Of a stretch of 32,000 nt of DNA, positions 22,511 through 31,191 are shown piece after piece. The notes below the pieces were generated by a model. The model was given only the letters and a program-made list of their open reading frames with translations, was not told the origin of the DNA and ran no database searches. Location: assembly GCF_000189295.2 (NCBI RefSeq), contig NC_016803.1, positions 2,610,001 through 2,642,000 of the forward strand. Direction: 5' to 3'. Made by a program: the position numbers and the translations under genes. Numbering within the stretch: position 1 is the first letter of the stretch; the number at the start of each line of letters is the position of its first letter. Origin of the DNA: Pseudodesulfovibrio mercurii. GTDB lineage: Bacteria > Desulfobacterota > Desulfovibrionia > Desulfovibrionales > Desulfovibrionaceae.

Positions 22511-24271
22511 CTAGGGCTTTTCCGCTTCCTCCGGGTCCGCGCCCATTTCGAGGATGCTGGCCGCGTAGGCTTTGCGCAGGGCGTCCAGGTAGTCCGGGTC
22601 CACCGGGCCCTTCCAGGTGGTGATCTCGGTGTACCGCTTGGGGATGACGACCTCGTCCGGGCGGTAGCCCATCTGAAGGCGCAGCCGCCAGCGCATGCGC
22701 TGGACCCGCTTGCCGATGTCGCCCACGGACCCGTTCAGGTCGCCGTAGCCCACGGACTCCAACGCCTCGGCCAGGAGCTCCTCCTTGTACACCCCGCGCG
22801 AGAACAGGCAGCCGACCATGCAGTTGAGCACGATCCGTTCGCGGCCGTCCGTGAGCAGGAAATTCAGGGCCTTGTCCACGTCCTTGTCGTCGTGCTTCTG
22901 GTCGTAGGCGTAGCCGCCGGAATCCAGGTGGGAGTGGCGGAAGCCCAGCCCCTCGGCCACGAAGAAGACCTCGCCCGTGGCGTAGCCGGCCATCTCCTGG
23001 CCGAGCACGCAGGCGAAGTCCTCGCCGCCGTAGGTCTTGGCGCACTTCATGGTCCCCTGGGCCAGCAGGCGGTAGAAGTCGTTGTCCGGGCGGCCCAGGT
23101 GTTCCACGGCCTGCATGTAGGTCTCGGCGTCGCCCCACTTGAGCGGGACCAGGGTCTGCTCCTCGGTGAGCACGCCCTTTTCCAAAGCCTCGGTGGCCCA
23201 GGCCAGGGCCACGCCCGTGGACATGCAGTCCAGGCCCTCCTTCTCGATGACGTCGAGGATGCGCAGGACCTGGGGCGCGTCGGTCACCTCAAGCATGCCG
23301 CCGCAGGCGAAGATGGGCTCGTAGTCGTAGCCCACCTGGCGGTAGAGGTACTGATTGTTGGTCTGGAACTGCTCGCGCACGAAGCCCACGTGGATGCAGC
23401 CCACCGGGCAGCCCGCGCAGGCCGCGTTGCGCAGCAGGGTGTCGTCCGCGAAGGTCTCGCCCGAGATGTTCTCGGCCTCGGGGCTCGAGGTCTGCTGCAG
23501 GTTCTTCCACGGCAGGGACTTGAGCGCGTTGAGCGGGTTGATGTTCACCGCCGTGCCCAGGCCGTGGTACTTGGCCATCATCTCGGTGGTGGTCAGCTGG
23601 TCGAAGATGTGCTTGTACAGCTTGGGGTAGACCTTGCCCTCGGGCAGGTCGAAGCCCCGGTCGCCGACCACGCAGATGGCCTTCAGGTTCTTGGCCCCCA
23701 TGACCGTGCCGCCGCCCAGCCGTCCGAAGTGGCGGAAGGTGTCCACGTTGATGCAGGCGAAGGCCGACAGGTTCTCGCCCGCCGGGCCGATGCGCATGAT
23801 CGAGCGGCGGCCCGAGCCCGGAAATATCTTGCGCAGCACGCGGCCGGTCTGGATGGCGTCGAAGCCGCGCATGTACTCCACGTCGCGGATGTCCACCAGG
23901 CGCGAGCCCACGCAGACCGCGGTCAGCCGCTTGGCCCTGCCGGTGATGACCAGCGCGTCCAGGTCGGCGAAGCGCAGGGACAGGGCGGATTTCCCGCCCG
24001 CGTAGCTCTCGGTGTACTGGTTGTGGTAGGGCGAGCGGAAGGCGCAGCAGGTCTTGCTCATGAGCGGGAAATACCCGGTCAGCGGCCCGATGGCGAAGAT
24101 CAGGGGCTGCTCGGGATCGTCCCAGTCGCGGTCGATGTGGCCGAACTCCTGGAAAAGATACGCGGCCAGCCCGGCTCCGCCCAGGTATTCGCCCCGGCCG
24201 GGGAGCTCCTTGAGGCTGGTCTTGCCCGTGGTCAGGTTGACCACCATGACGCGGAAGAAGTCCCTGATCAT
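22511..24271 (-). CDS. aor: aldehyde:ferredoxin oxidoreductase family (tungsten/molybdopterin AOR), 586 aa
   Basis: The ORF 22511..24535 was trimmed to the ATG at 24269-24271, preceded by GAGGAGG. The N-terminus MIRDFFRVMVVNLTTGKTSLKELPGRGEYLGGAGLAAYLF is typical of AOR. Other family strings are GPLTG, MRIGPAGENL, HFGRLGGGTVMGAKNLKAI, and the cluster motif CAGCPVGC. The 4-bp ATGA overlap with the upstream ferredoxin gene suggests translational coupling. Confidence 0.9.
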   Translation of the reverse strand: MIRDFFRVMVVNLTTGKTSLKELPGRGEYLGGAGLAAYLFQEFGHIDRDWDDPEQPLIFAIGPLTGYFPLMSKTCCAFRSPYHNQYTESYAGGKSALSLRFADLDALVITGRAKRLTAVCVGSRLVDIRDVEYMRGFDAIQTGRVLRKIFPGSGRRSIMRIGPAGENLSAFACINVDTFRHFGRLGGGTVMGAKNLKAICVVGDRGFDLPEGKVYPKLYKHIFDQLTTTEMMAKYHGLGTAVNINPLNALKSLPWKNLQQTSSPEAENISGETFADDTLLRNAACAGCPVGCIHVGFVREQFQTNNQYLYRQVGYDYEPIFACGGMLEVTDAPQVLRILDVIEKEGLDCMSTGVALAWATEALEKGVLTEEQTLVPLKWGDAETYMQAVEHLGRPDNDFYRLLAQGTMKCAKTYGGEDFACVLGQEMAGYATGEVFFVAEGLGFRHSHLDSGGYAYDQKHDDKDVDKALNFLLTDGRERIVLNCMVGCLFSRGVYKEELLAEALESVGYGDLNGSVGDIGKRVQRMRWRLRLQMGYRPDEVVIPKRYTEITTWKGPVDPDYLDALRKAYAASILEMGADPEEAEKP

Positions 24272-24693
24272 CGTCCTTCCTCCTCTTCCCTGGCCGGCAG
24301 ATCGACCATCTCCAGGCAGTCGTGGGGGCAGTAGGCCACGCACTGGCCGCAGTGGATGCAGACGTAGGGGTTGACCTGGTGGTCCAGGAAGATGGCGTCC
24401 ACCGGGCAGGCCTCGGCGCACCGGCCGCAGCGGATGCACAGGTTGCGCTTCTGGATCACGCCGCCGTCGCGGCGCTGGGACAGGGAGCCCGTGGGACAGG
24501 CCTCGGCGCAGGGGGCCGGGTGGCAGGCCAGGCACAGCCGCGCCTCGAAGCCGGTGGACAGGCCGCCCGCCGACGAGATGCGAATGCCCGCCTTGTTCCA
24601 GGAAAGGACCTTATGGACCTGCCGGGCGCAGGCCAGCGAGCAGGAATGGCAGCCGATGCATCGTTCCATGCGGGCCGCTCTGAGAGCTTTCAT
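24268..24693 (-). CDS. 4Fe-4S poly-ferredoxin-type protein (141 aa), probable electron partner of the AOR
   Basis: The ORF was trimmed to the ATG at 24691-24693, preceded by GGAGG. The product starts MKALRAARMERCIGCHSCSLAC. Further cysteine motifs are CLACHPAPCAEACP, CIRCGRCAEACP and CIHCGQCVAYCP. Confidence 0.85.
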   Translation of the reverse strand: MKALRAARMERCIGCHSCSLACARQVHKVLSWNKAGIRISSAGGLSTGFEARLCLACHPAPCAEACPTGSLSQRRDGGVIQKRNLCIRCGRCAEACPVDAIFLDHQVNPYVCIHCGQCVAYCPHDCLEMVDLPAREEEEGR

Positions 24694-24727
24694 CAAATGC
24701 CTCCGGGTCGAAAACGCCGGGTTGGAA

Positions 24728-26356
24728 TCACTCCACGATCTGCAGGATATCCTGCTTGAGCGCCCACAGGATATGATTTTCAATTCGGGTGACATCCATG
24801 GGCGCCACGTCGGCAACCTTGCGTATCAGGGTTGCGCTGTCAACCGGGTTGCGGGCGAAAAAGGCCAGCCGCCGGACCACGTCGAGGTCTATGGCGTCCT
24901 TCAGCCCCGCGTACAGATTGGGAAAATCACGGTTCCGGTAAAACGCCTCGCCCGTGCGGCCCACGGACAGTTTCACCGTATCGTCAAGGACCCGCGAGGG
25001 GTAGTGGCCGAAGATGCGCCCGTACTCCGGGGCCAGGGGGTGGGCCAGGTCGCGCAGGGGGGCGGCCTCGGCCGGTTCCCGCCACAGCTCCTCCCACAGA
25101 TCCAGATACCGCCCGATGACCACGGGCCAGGAAAATTCCCGGACCACCCGCTCGCGTCCGGCCGCGCCCATGGCCCGGCGCAGCGCGGGCTCGCGGATCA
25201 GCCGTCCGAGCGCCCCGGCCAGGGCGGGCACGTCCACGGCCGTGGCCTGGGCCAGGGACAGGTGGTAGTGGTTGTCGAAATTCAGCGGCGCGGTCAGGTC
25301 CACCTCCGGGGTGGCCGACGGCCCCATGGTCGGCACCAGGAAGCCGGTCTCGCCGTGGACCACGATGTCCCGGTAACCGTCGTAGTCCGAGGCCACCACG
25401 GGCAGTCCGAAGGCCCCGGCCTCCGCCAGGGTGATGCCGAAGGTCTCCTGCGGGTTGTCCGCGATGGACACGAACACGTCCGCCATGCGGAACAGCTCCC
25501 GCTTGCGCGCCTCGCCCGGCCGCAGGACCACGCTCATGGGGATGCCCGCGTTGGCCGCCAGGTGGGTCAGGGTGTCCAGGACATGGGTCTCGCGCTCGGC
25601 CCAGCCCGCCAGGACCAGCTCCACGGAGCGCGGGTCGAGCCCGTCCCGGATCAGCCGGTGCACGGCCCGGACCAGGGGGACCAGGTCCATCTTCGAATGG
25701 TGGGAGATGCGCCCGAAGACCAGGATGCGCACCGGCCCGTCCGTCTCGCCTCCGCCCTTGGCGCCCGGCGCATACGCCCCGGTGTCCACGGCCAGGGGGA
25801 TGCGCTTGAGGCCAGGTGCGGGGTGGGTGTCCTCGCCCAGGCCGAAGCCCCGGCGCAGCTGCCCGAAGAAGCCCTCCACCGCGATCCGGCCCGCCTCGGA
25901 GGTGCAGACGATGGCGTCGCGCCGGGTGGTGCCGGGCCACAGGTGTTGCAGGAATGCCTTGGGATAGCCCGCGTAGCTCAGGGAATGGATCAGCCCGGTG
26001 ACCGGAAAGATGCGCGCGCTCAAGGCGTTGCGCAGCCGGGCCAGGTACGGCTGGCTGGTGATGCAGTCCGACAGGTGGAAGCAGTGGTAATCCGTGCTCC
26101 CGACCATGCCGGGCAACGCCTCGCGGAGCATGAGCCGGACGCGTCCGCCCTCGACCAGCCCCGGCGCGCGCTTCTCCAGGTGCTTTCGCAGCGGGGCCAG
26201 GGCGCGCTCGCCGGGCAGGAAGAAATGGTATTCGTCAAAGGGATCGGCCGCGAGCAGCCCGTCCAGGAAGGCCGTGTTGGCCACGGTCCGGCCCAGGACC
26301 GGTCCGCCCTCGAAAAAAGGGTCCAGGGTGCCCCAGATGCGTTTTGTTCCGGTCAT
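24728..26356 (-). CDS. GT-B fold glycosyltransferase (family 1/4-like), 542 aa
   Basis: The ORF was trimmed to the ATG at 26354-26356 (MTGTKRIWGTLDPFF); the Shine-Dalgarno is weak. The C-terminal half has the typical strings ADVFVSIADNPQETFGITLAEAGAFGLPVVASDYDGYRDIVVHGETGFLVP. The start is uncertain; the longest ORF starts at 26473. Confidence 0.75.
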   Translation of the reverse strand: MTGTKRIWGTLDPFFEGGPVLGRTVANTAFLDGLLAADPFDEYHFFLPGERALAPLRKHLEKRAPGLVEGGRVRLMLREALPGMVGSTDYHCFHLSDCITSQPYLARLRNALSARIFPVTGLIHSLSYAGYPKAFLQHLWPGTTRRDAIVCTSEAGRIAVEGFFGQLRRGFGLGEDTHPAPGLKRIPLAVDTGAYAPGAKGGGETDGPVRILVFGRISHHSKMDLVPLVRAVHRLIRDGLDPRSVELVLAGWAERETHVLDTLTHLAANAGIPMSVVLRPGEARKRELFRMADVFVSIADNPQETFGITLAEAGAFGLPVVASDYDGYRDIVVHGETGFLVPTMGPSATPEVDLTAPLNFDNHYHLSLAQATAVDVPALAGALGRLIREPALRRAMGAAGRERVVREFSWPVVIGRYLDLWEELWREPAEAAPLRDLAHPLAPEYGRIFGHYPSRVLDDTVKLSVGRTGEAFYRNRDFPNLYAGLKDAIDLDVVRRLAFFARNPVDSATLIRKVADVAPMDVTRIENHILWALKQDILQIVE

Positions 26357-26604
26357 GCCTAGGTAAAGACCGTTCCGGCCCGGTTTGTCAATGGCCGGGC
26401 GTCCGGCCCCTGGGCAGACTTTGCCGACCCGTCCCGCGTCCCGTCCGCGACCGCCTGATTTTTTGCCAGCCATATCAGCCCCCTGTCCGCCGCCGGGCCG
26501 TTCCTCACCAGACCGTCACCCGACGTGGCCCCGATTTTGCTCAATCCCGGATGAGGCGGAAGGAACCGCCAATGTTTTGACGTCGTAAAGGAGTACGATG
26601 GAGC

Positions 26605-28101
26605 ATGCCTAGACAGTCCATGAAACGCGGCAGACGGCCGGAACTCATGTGGGGCGTCGGCCTCGCCGACTCGGTGGCGCGCCAGATCGAGGAGGGCGTG
26701 GGACCCGGTTTCCACGTCCGCAACTTCCCCGAGGACGCACTGCCCGTGGCCCGTGAACTCGAACAGGACGAAAAGCCCTCGGCCGCCTGGATTCCCTGGT
26801 CGGTCTGGTCCGGCTTCCCCGAGGCCCGCAGGCAGGAATACCGCAACCAGGACGAGACCCACCGCATCCTCATCCGCGACAACGACGCGGAACTCGAAAT
26901 GGAAAAGGTCCTGGCCGAAGGGTTCCTGACCGTGGTGGACCTGCCCCTGACCCGGCCCAAGATCCAGGACGTCATGTTCCGCGCCAGGGAGGTCAAGAGC
27001 CTCTACTCGGACATCTACCGCATGACCGAGGAGATCATGCTCGAACGCGAACTGCTCGCCCGCAAGACCGACCAGCTCCTGTTCCTCAACAAGCTCCTCG
27101 CCTCGGCCACCGAAAGCCTCGACGCCGCCACCATCCTGGCCAACGCCAAGAACTCCCTCGGCCTCATCCTGCCCGTCAGGATGCTCCACGCCGCCTTCTG
27201 GAACACCGGCCCCGACGCCGCCGCCGACGTGGAAATCTTCCTCAACGGCAAGATGCCCCCGGCCGTGGAGTCCGCCTGGATCGAACAGATCATGACCTCG
27301 GCCAGCTCCATGGGCTCGGGCTCGGTCAACGGCTTCCAGGTCTCCTACACCGACCCCGCGCGCCGCGCCGAATACGCCCAGACACCGGACCAGGGCAAAC
27401 TCGTGGTCATGCCGCTCACCGCCGGACACCAGACCTTCGGCTGCCTGGCCCTGCTCTGCGAACCCGGCTACCGCCTCGGCAAGGACCAGGTCGAAACCCT
27501 GCGCTCCGCCGTCAACCACGTGGGCCTGGCCCTGCGCAACGCCCTGGCCTTCAAGGAGGTCAAACTGCGCGCCGACCGCGACGGCCTGACCCGGCTCTAC
27601 AACCGCCGCTCCTTCGACGAACGGTTGGTCTACGAGATCAAGCGCCGCGCCCGCTACCACCACGACCTCTCCCTGCTCATGTTCGACCTCGACCATTTCA
27701 AGGCCGTCAACGATACCTACGGACACAAGGCCGGTGATCTCGTCCTGCGCAAGATCGGCGATATCCTGACCACCGTGTTCCGGACCACCGACCTGGCCGC
27801 GCGCTACGGCGGCGAGGAATTTGTCGTCCTCCTGCCCCACACCAGCGAGGAGGCCGCCTGGAAACTCGCCGAACGCGTGCGCACCGCCATCGAAAACTGC
27901 GCCTTCCACTTCGACGGCCGCGACTTCTCCGTCACCGCCTCCATCGGCGTGGCCTCCGTGGAAGGCGGCTCCCTGTCCGCCTCCGACGACGACCTCGTGC
28001 TCAAGGCCGACAAGGCCCTCTACCAGGCCAAAAACAACGGCCGCAACATGGTCGTCGTCTCCGGCCAGAAAACCACCAGCGCCCAAAACGCCGTGCAATA
28101 A
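26605..28101 (+). CDS. diguanylate cyclase (GGDEF domain) with N-terminal sensory/GAF-like region, 498 aa
   Basis: The ATG at 26605 has AAAGGAG 11 nt upstream. The C-terminal GGDEF domain reads DGLTRLYNRRSFDERL...LLMFDLDHFKAVNDTYGHKAGDLVL...RYGGEEFVVLL...SIGVAS...ADKALYQAKNNGRN. An RxxD I-site (RTTD) lies exactly 5 residues before GGEEF. Confidence 0.9.
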   Translation: MPRQSMKRGRRPELMWGVGLADSVARQIEEGVGPGFHVRNFPEDALPVARELEQDEKPSAAWIPWSVWSGFPEARRQEYRNQDETHRILIRDNDAELEMEKVLAEGFLTVVDLPLTRPKIQDVMFRAREVKSLYSDIYRMTEEIMLERELLARKTDQLLFLNKLLASATESLDAATILANAKNSLGLILPVRMLHAAFWNTGPDAAADVEIFLNGKMPPAVESAWIEQIMTSASSMGSGSVNGFQVSYTDPARRAEYAQTPDQGKLVVMPLTAGHQTFGCLALLCEPGYRLGKDQVETLRSAVNHVGLALRNALAFKEVKLRADRDGLTRLYNRRSFDERLVYEIKRRARYHHDLSLLMFDLDHFKAVNDTYGHKAGDLVLRKIGDILTTVFRTTDLAARYGGEEFVVLLPHTSEEAAWKLAERVRTAIENCAFHFDGRDFSVTASIGVASVEGGSLSASDDDLVLKADKALYQAKNNGRNMVVVSGQKTTSAQNAVQ

Positions 28102-28126
28102 CACCACCCCGACCCTTCACCAGAAC

Positions 28127-28162
28127 GCCCCGCCCGGACCACCCGCCCGAGCGGGGCTTTTT
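28127..28162 (+). terminator. candidate intrinsic terminator of the GGDEF gene
   Basis: GCCCCGC (28127-28133) pairs with GCGGGGC (28151-28157). The loop is 17 nt and TTTTT (28158-28162) follows. The structure begins 26 nt after the stop codon. Confidence 0.5.
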
Positions 28163-28185
28163 CGTGGGCCGGGGAGAGCGGGGGA

Positions 28186-28271
28186 GGCCTCCGGCGGCCC
28201 TACCGGGGGTCGCCTTCGGCGGGACCAGAGAACCCTTTGGAAAGGGTTCTCTGGACTCTCCCAAACTTTTT
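28186..28271 (-). repeat. intergenic palindromic element, copy B (related to 1591..1775)
   Basis: The reverse complement reads AAAAAGTTTGGGAGAGTCCAGAGAACCCTTTCCAAAGGGTTCTCTGGTCCCGCCGAAGGCGACCCCCGGTAGGGCCGCCGGAGGCC. It shares its start (AAAAAGTTTrGGA), its core hairpin (GAGrrAmAACCCTTT / AAAGGGTTyyCTC) and its end (GGCCGCCGGAGGC) with copy A. The core at 28225-28254 is a perfect 30-nt palindrome with 14-bp arms. Confidence 0.4.
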
Positions 28272-28282
28272 GTGTGCCTTCG

Positions 28283-28384
28283 GCGGGGGCGGGGGGGCGC
28301 GGGGATGTGTGCGGGAGGGGAGAGAAGAGGAGGGGAGCGGGAGGGGGGAGATCGTTTGCGGGGGGGGGTGGCGGTGCGCGGGGA
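28283..28384 (+). other. G-tract-rich segment with G-quadruplex-type motifs
   Basis: The segment reads GGCGGGGGCGGGGGGGCGCGGGG...GGGAGGGGAGAGAAGAGGAGGGGAGCGGGAGGGGGG...GCGGGGGGGGGTGG. It contains several sets of four or more G3+ runs with short loops on the plus strand. Confidence 0.5.
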
Positions 28385-28390
28385 GACGGT

Positions 28391-28457
28391 GTCCCGAAGG
28401 GTTCGCGCCGGACGGCCACGGGCCTCGGAGGGCCGCCCGGCGCGAACCCTTCGGGAC
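28391..28457. repeat. long perfect inverted repeat (21-bp arms, 25-nt spacer)
   Basis: GTCCCGAAGGGTTCGCGCCGG (28391-28411) is the exact reverse complement of CCGGCGCGAACCCTTCGGGAC (28437-28457). A second hairpin follows at 28465-28516, with 10-bp arms CCAACGCCGC / GCGGCGTTGG. Confidence 0.85.
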
Positions 28458-28577
28458 GGTTGCCCAACGCCGCAGGCGGGTGGGCGGAACCCGCTAACGC
28501 GGTTTCGCGGCGTTGGTAAAAGGCGGCGGAGCGGTAGGTGTTTTCGCGCTATTCCCAAACCAAAAAAATAAACCCCC

Positions 28578-28658
28578 GCGATTTCGGGCAGAAAAAACGG
28601 CGTGCATTTTCTTGTGAAGAAGCACGCCGTGCTGTCCGTTTTTTCTGCTCGAAATCGC
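28578..28658. repeat. long imperfect inverted repeat / extended hairpin (23-bp arms with 1 mismatch, nested inner hairpin)
   Basis: GCGATTTCGGGCAGAAAAAACGG (28578-28600) pairs with CCGTTTTTTCTGCTCGAAATCGC (28636-28658). The inner stem is GGCGTGC (28599-28605) with GCACGCC (28622-28628). Both strands carry T-runs after the stem. It could be a bidirectional terminator or a small structured RNA. Confidence 0.6.
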
Positions 28659-28933
28659 ACACCGGCACGGCTGAAGGCGTCCCTTGCCAAGCCTTCCGCC
28701 GCCGCACGTATCTGAGCGCAGCGAACATGGGGGTGCAGGGGGCCTTGCTCCCTGCCGGGTCCAGGGCAGCGCCCTGGCCGCCGGAGGCATTCCCCGTGCC
28801 GTATTCAGGACCCTGTCAAGTTGATTTTTTATACCTCTCAAGCGTTTTTTTCATACATTCGCCGACATTTCGGGGGTGGCGGAAAAACCGGGCCTATACT
28901 CCGGGCAAACATTTTAACCGGAGGATTTGCATC

Positions 28934-29227
28934 ATGGGTGGATCTGAACAATTGCTGGGGACCGTTTTCGGCGGGTTGACCAACCTGTTGGGGGTCGCCG
29001 TCGGCGGATCGCAAGACGACGCCTTGAAGGAGGAGCGGGAGGCGCGTGCGCGCGAGGAGGCCCGCAAGGAGACAGAGGAGCGTCGCCGGGACCGGGACAA
29101 GGTGCTGGAGGCGCGTGAGGTGGAGGACAAGCGCGGTTCGGAGAGTCTGCTTTCCCAGGGCGCGGCGTCGTTGACGGAGGACCCCGAGGTCTCGGCCAGG
29201 GCGTTGAAGACCAAGTTGGGGGAGTAG
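28934..29227 (+). CDS. small phage-module protein (97 aa): Gly-rich hydrophobic N-terminus plus E/R-rich helical region
   Basis: The ATG at 28934 is preceded by CCGGAGGA. The product reads MGGSEQLLGTVFGGLTNLLGVAVGG then ...KEEREARAREEARKETEERRRDRDK. It ends 1 nt before the portal gene start. The upstream part of ORF 28538..29227 was rejected as non-coding. Confidence 0.6.
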   Translation: MGGSEQLLGTVFGGLTNLLGVAVGGSQDDALKEEREARAREEARKETEERRRDRDKVLEAREVEDKRGSESLLSQGAASLTEDPEVSARALKTKLGE

Positions 29228-29228
29228 C

Positions 29229-30968
29229 ATGGACAGAACCGAACTGGCCCGTTCCCTGCTGAAGCGCTTTTCCGGACTGGAGGAGGCCCGCCGTCCGTGG
29301 GTGTCTTCGTGGCAGGAGCTTACGGAATACATGTTGCCCCGCAAGAACAGCTTTGCCGGGCCCGGCGGGCACACCCTCGGGCGCGGCCGGGCCGGGGACG
29401 AGCGCATCTTCGATTCCACGCCGCTGCATGCGCTGGAGCTTTTGGCCTCGTCGTTGGGCGGACTGCTGACCAATCCTTCGCTGCCGTGGTTCGACATCTC
29501 GGTGAAGGACCGGGCCAAGGGCGACGCGGACGAGGTGCGCGCATTCATGCAGGAGGCGCGGGAGCGCATGGTCGCGGTCTTCAACAGCGAGGACACCGGG
29601 TTCCAGGCGCACGTGCACGAGTTGTATCTGGACGTGGCCCTGCTGGGCACGGCGGTGATGTACGTGGAGGCGGACCCGACCTCGGTGGTCCGGTTCTCGG
29701 CGCGGCCGCTGGGCGAGGTCTTCGTGGCCGAGTCCGCGCGCGGCCAGGTGGACACGGTGTACCGCCGGTACGAGGTCACGGCCCGCCAGGCCATCCAGGA
29801 GTGGGGCGCGGCCTGTTCGGACGAGACCCGGCGCAAGGGCGAGGACCGGCCCGAGGAGCCGGTGGAGGTCCTGCACGCGGTCTTTCCGCGCATGGACCGC
29901 GACCCGGCGGGATTCGGCTCGGCGCATTTCCCCTTTGCCAGCGTGTACATGGAGGTCAAGAACAGCCACGTGCTGGAGGAGAGCGGCTATCTGGAGATGC
30001 CGTACATGGTCCCGCGCTGGGCCAAGGCCGCGGGCGAGACCTACGGCCGGGGGCCGGGGCAGACCGCGTTGTCGGACGTGCGCGTGCTCAACGCCATGGC
30101 CCGGACCGCGCTCATGGCGGCGGAGAAGATGTCCGATCCGCCGCTGATGGTCCCGGACGACGGCTTTCTCGGGCCGGTCCGTTCCGGTCCGGGCGGGCTG
30201 TCCTATTACCGGGCCGGGTCCACGGACCGCATCGAGGCCTTGCCGGTGAACGTGGACCTGCGCGCGGCCGAGGAGATGATGAACGGCCGCCGGGAGTCCA
30301 TCGGCCGGATATTCCTGTCCGATCAGCTGGCCCCGGAGGGGCCGGCGGTCACGGCCACGGAGGCGGTCATCCGCCAGGCCGAGAAGATGCGCGTGCTCGG
30401 CCCGGTGCTGGGCCGGTTGCAGACCGAGTTCCTCAGCCCGCTGATCCGGCGGGTGTTCCGGGTCATGCTGCGCGGCGGGGCGCTGCCGCCGTTCCCGGAG
30501 GGGTTGTCCCCGGACGATCTGGAGGTGCGCTACACCTCGTCCGTGACCCGCGCCCAGAAGCAGTACGAGGCCCAGGGACTGGCCCAGGTCATGGAGTACC
30601 TGTCGCCCCTGGTGGGCGGCCGGGACGCCTTCGGGATCATGGACAACTTCGACACGGACCGGGTGGCCCGGCACGTGGCCGAGTTGTTCAACATCCCGTC
30701 CGACTACCTCAAGTCCGAGGACCGCGTGGTCGAGGGGCGGACGCAGAAACAGCGGGTCGCGAGCTCGCAGCAGACCGCGTCCACCGTGGCCAACGCGGCG
30801 GCCATCGCCAAGACCCTGTCCGAGGCCTACACGGACCGGCCCAGCGCCCTGACCGAGCTGTGGGGGATGCTGACCGGCATGCTCGGGGCCAAGGCCGGGG
30901 CGGAGGCCGCGCAGCCCGCTTCCGCGCAAACGGACCCCGCCGCATACGAGGAGGCGCCCCATGCCTGA
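29229..30968 (+). CDS. phage portal / head-to-tail connector protein (T7 gp8-like family), 579 aa
   Basis: The ATG at 29229 is preceded by GGGGGAG. The N-terminal pattern RF..LE.AR.PW...W.EL..Y.LP, then DST...ALE.LAS.L.G.LTNP..PWF.I, and the overall size resemble the podovirus Head-tail_con family. This is recognition by eye with no search. Composition is normal, unlike the overlapping shadow ORFs. Confidence 0.7.
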   Translation: MDRTELARSLLKRFSGLEEARRPWVSSWQELTEYMLPRKNSFAGPGGHTLGRGRAGDERIFDSTPLHALELLASSLGGLLTNPSLPWFDISVKDRAKGDADEVRAFMQEARERMVAVFNSEDTGFQAHVHELYLDVALLGTAVMYVEADPTSVVRFSARPLGEVFVAESARGQVDTVYRRYEVTARQAIQEWGAACSDETRRKGEDRPEEPVEVLHAVFPRMDRDPAGFGSAHFPFASVYMEVKNSHVLEESGYLEMPYMVPRWAKAAGETYGRGPGQTALSDVRVLNAMARTALMAAEKMSDPPLMVPDDGFLGPVRSGPGGLSYYRAGSTDRIEALPVNVDLRAAEEMMNGRRESIGRIFLSDQLAPEGPAVTATEAVIRQAEKMRVLGPVLGRLQTEFLSPLIRRVFRVMLRGGALPPFPEGLSPDDLEVRYTSSVTRAQKQYEAQGLAQVMEYLSPLVGGRDAFGIMDNFDTDRVARHVAELFNIPSDYLKSEDRVVEGRTQKQRVASSQQTASTVANAAAIAKTLSEAYTDRPSALTELWGMLTGMLGAKAGAEAAQPASAQTDPAAYEEAPHA

Positions 30969-31191
30969 GACCAGCCCGCTTGAACTGCACCGGGCCTACA
31001 GGCGGCTGTTCGACTCCGCCGACGGGCGCGTGGTCATGGCCGATCTGGAGCGGCGCGGCTGCTTCATGCGGCCGACCTATTCCACGGACCGGGGCAGGAC
31101 CGAATTCAACGAAGGCCGCAGGTCCCTGGTCCTGCACATGAAGCAGATGCTTGAACCCGACAACTTCATCGAAAAGGAGAACAACCGATGA
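30961..31191 (+). CDS. small conserved phage protein following the portal gene (76 aa; possibly Bbp19-like)
   Basis: The ATG at 30961 overlaps the portal gene stop by 8 nt. The product is MPETSPLELHRAYRRLFDSADGRVVMADLERRGCF...TEFNEGRRSLVLHM. The family assignment is a recollection only. Confidence 0.55.
   Translation: MPETSPLELHRAYRRLFDSADGRVVMADLERRGCFMRPTYSTDRGRTEFNEGRRSLVLHMKQMLEPDNFIEKENNR

Noticed and set aside
26359-28107. 582-aa minus-strand ORF opposite the GGDEF gene
   Set aside because: It is antisense to a gene with unambiguous GGDEF and I-site motifs. Its translation is G/V/A/H low-complexity.
28001-28841. ORFs in the structured spacer (28001..28690 -, 28117..28467 -, 28164..28571 +, 28237..28497 +, 28494..28841 -, and the 5' part of 28538..29227 +)
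   Set aside because: The translations are dominated by G/R/P runs derived from the G-tracts and hairpin arms. The ORFs overlap one another in several frames and have no ribosome-binding sites. The region is better explained as non-coding structured DNA.
28932-31141. Long ORFs 28932..30962 (-, 676 aa) and 29297..31141 (+, 614 aa) overlapping the portal gene
   Set aside because: They are shadow frames of 29229..30968 with R/G/P-rich composition. The portal frame has balanced composition, a Shine-Dalgarno and tight coupling to its neighbours.
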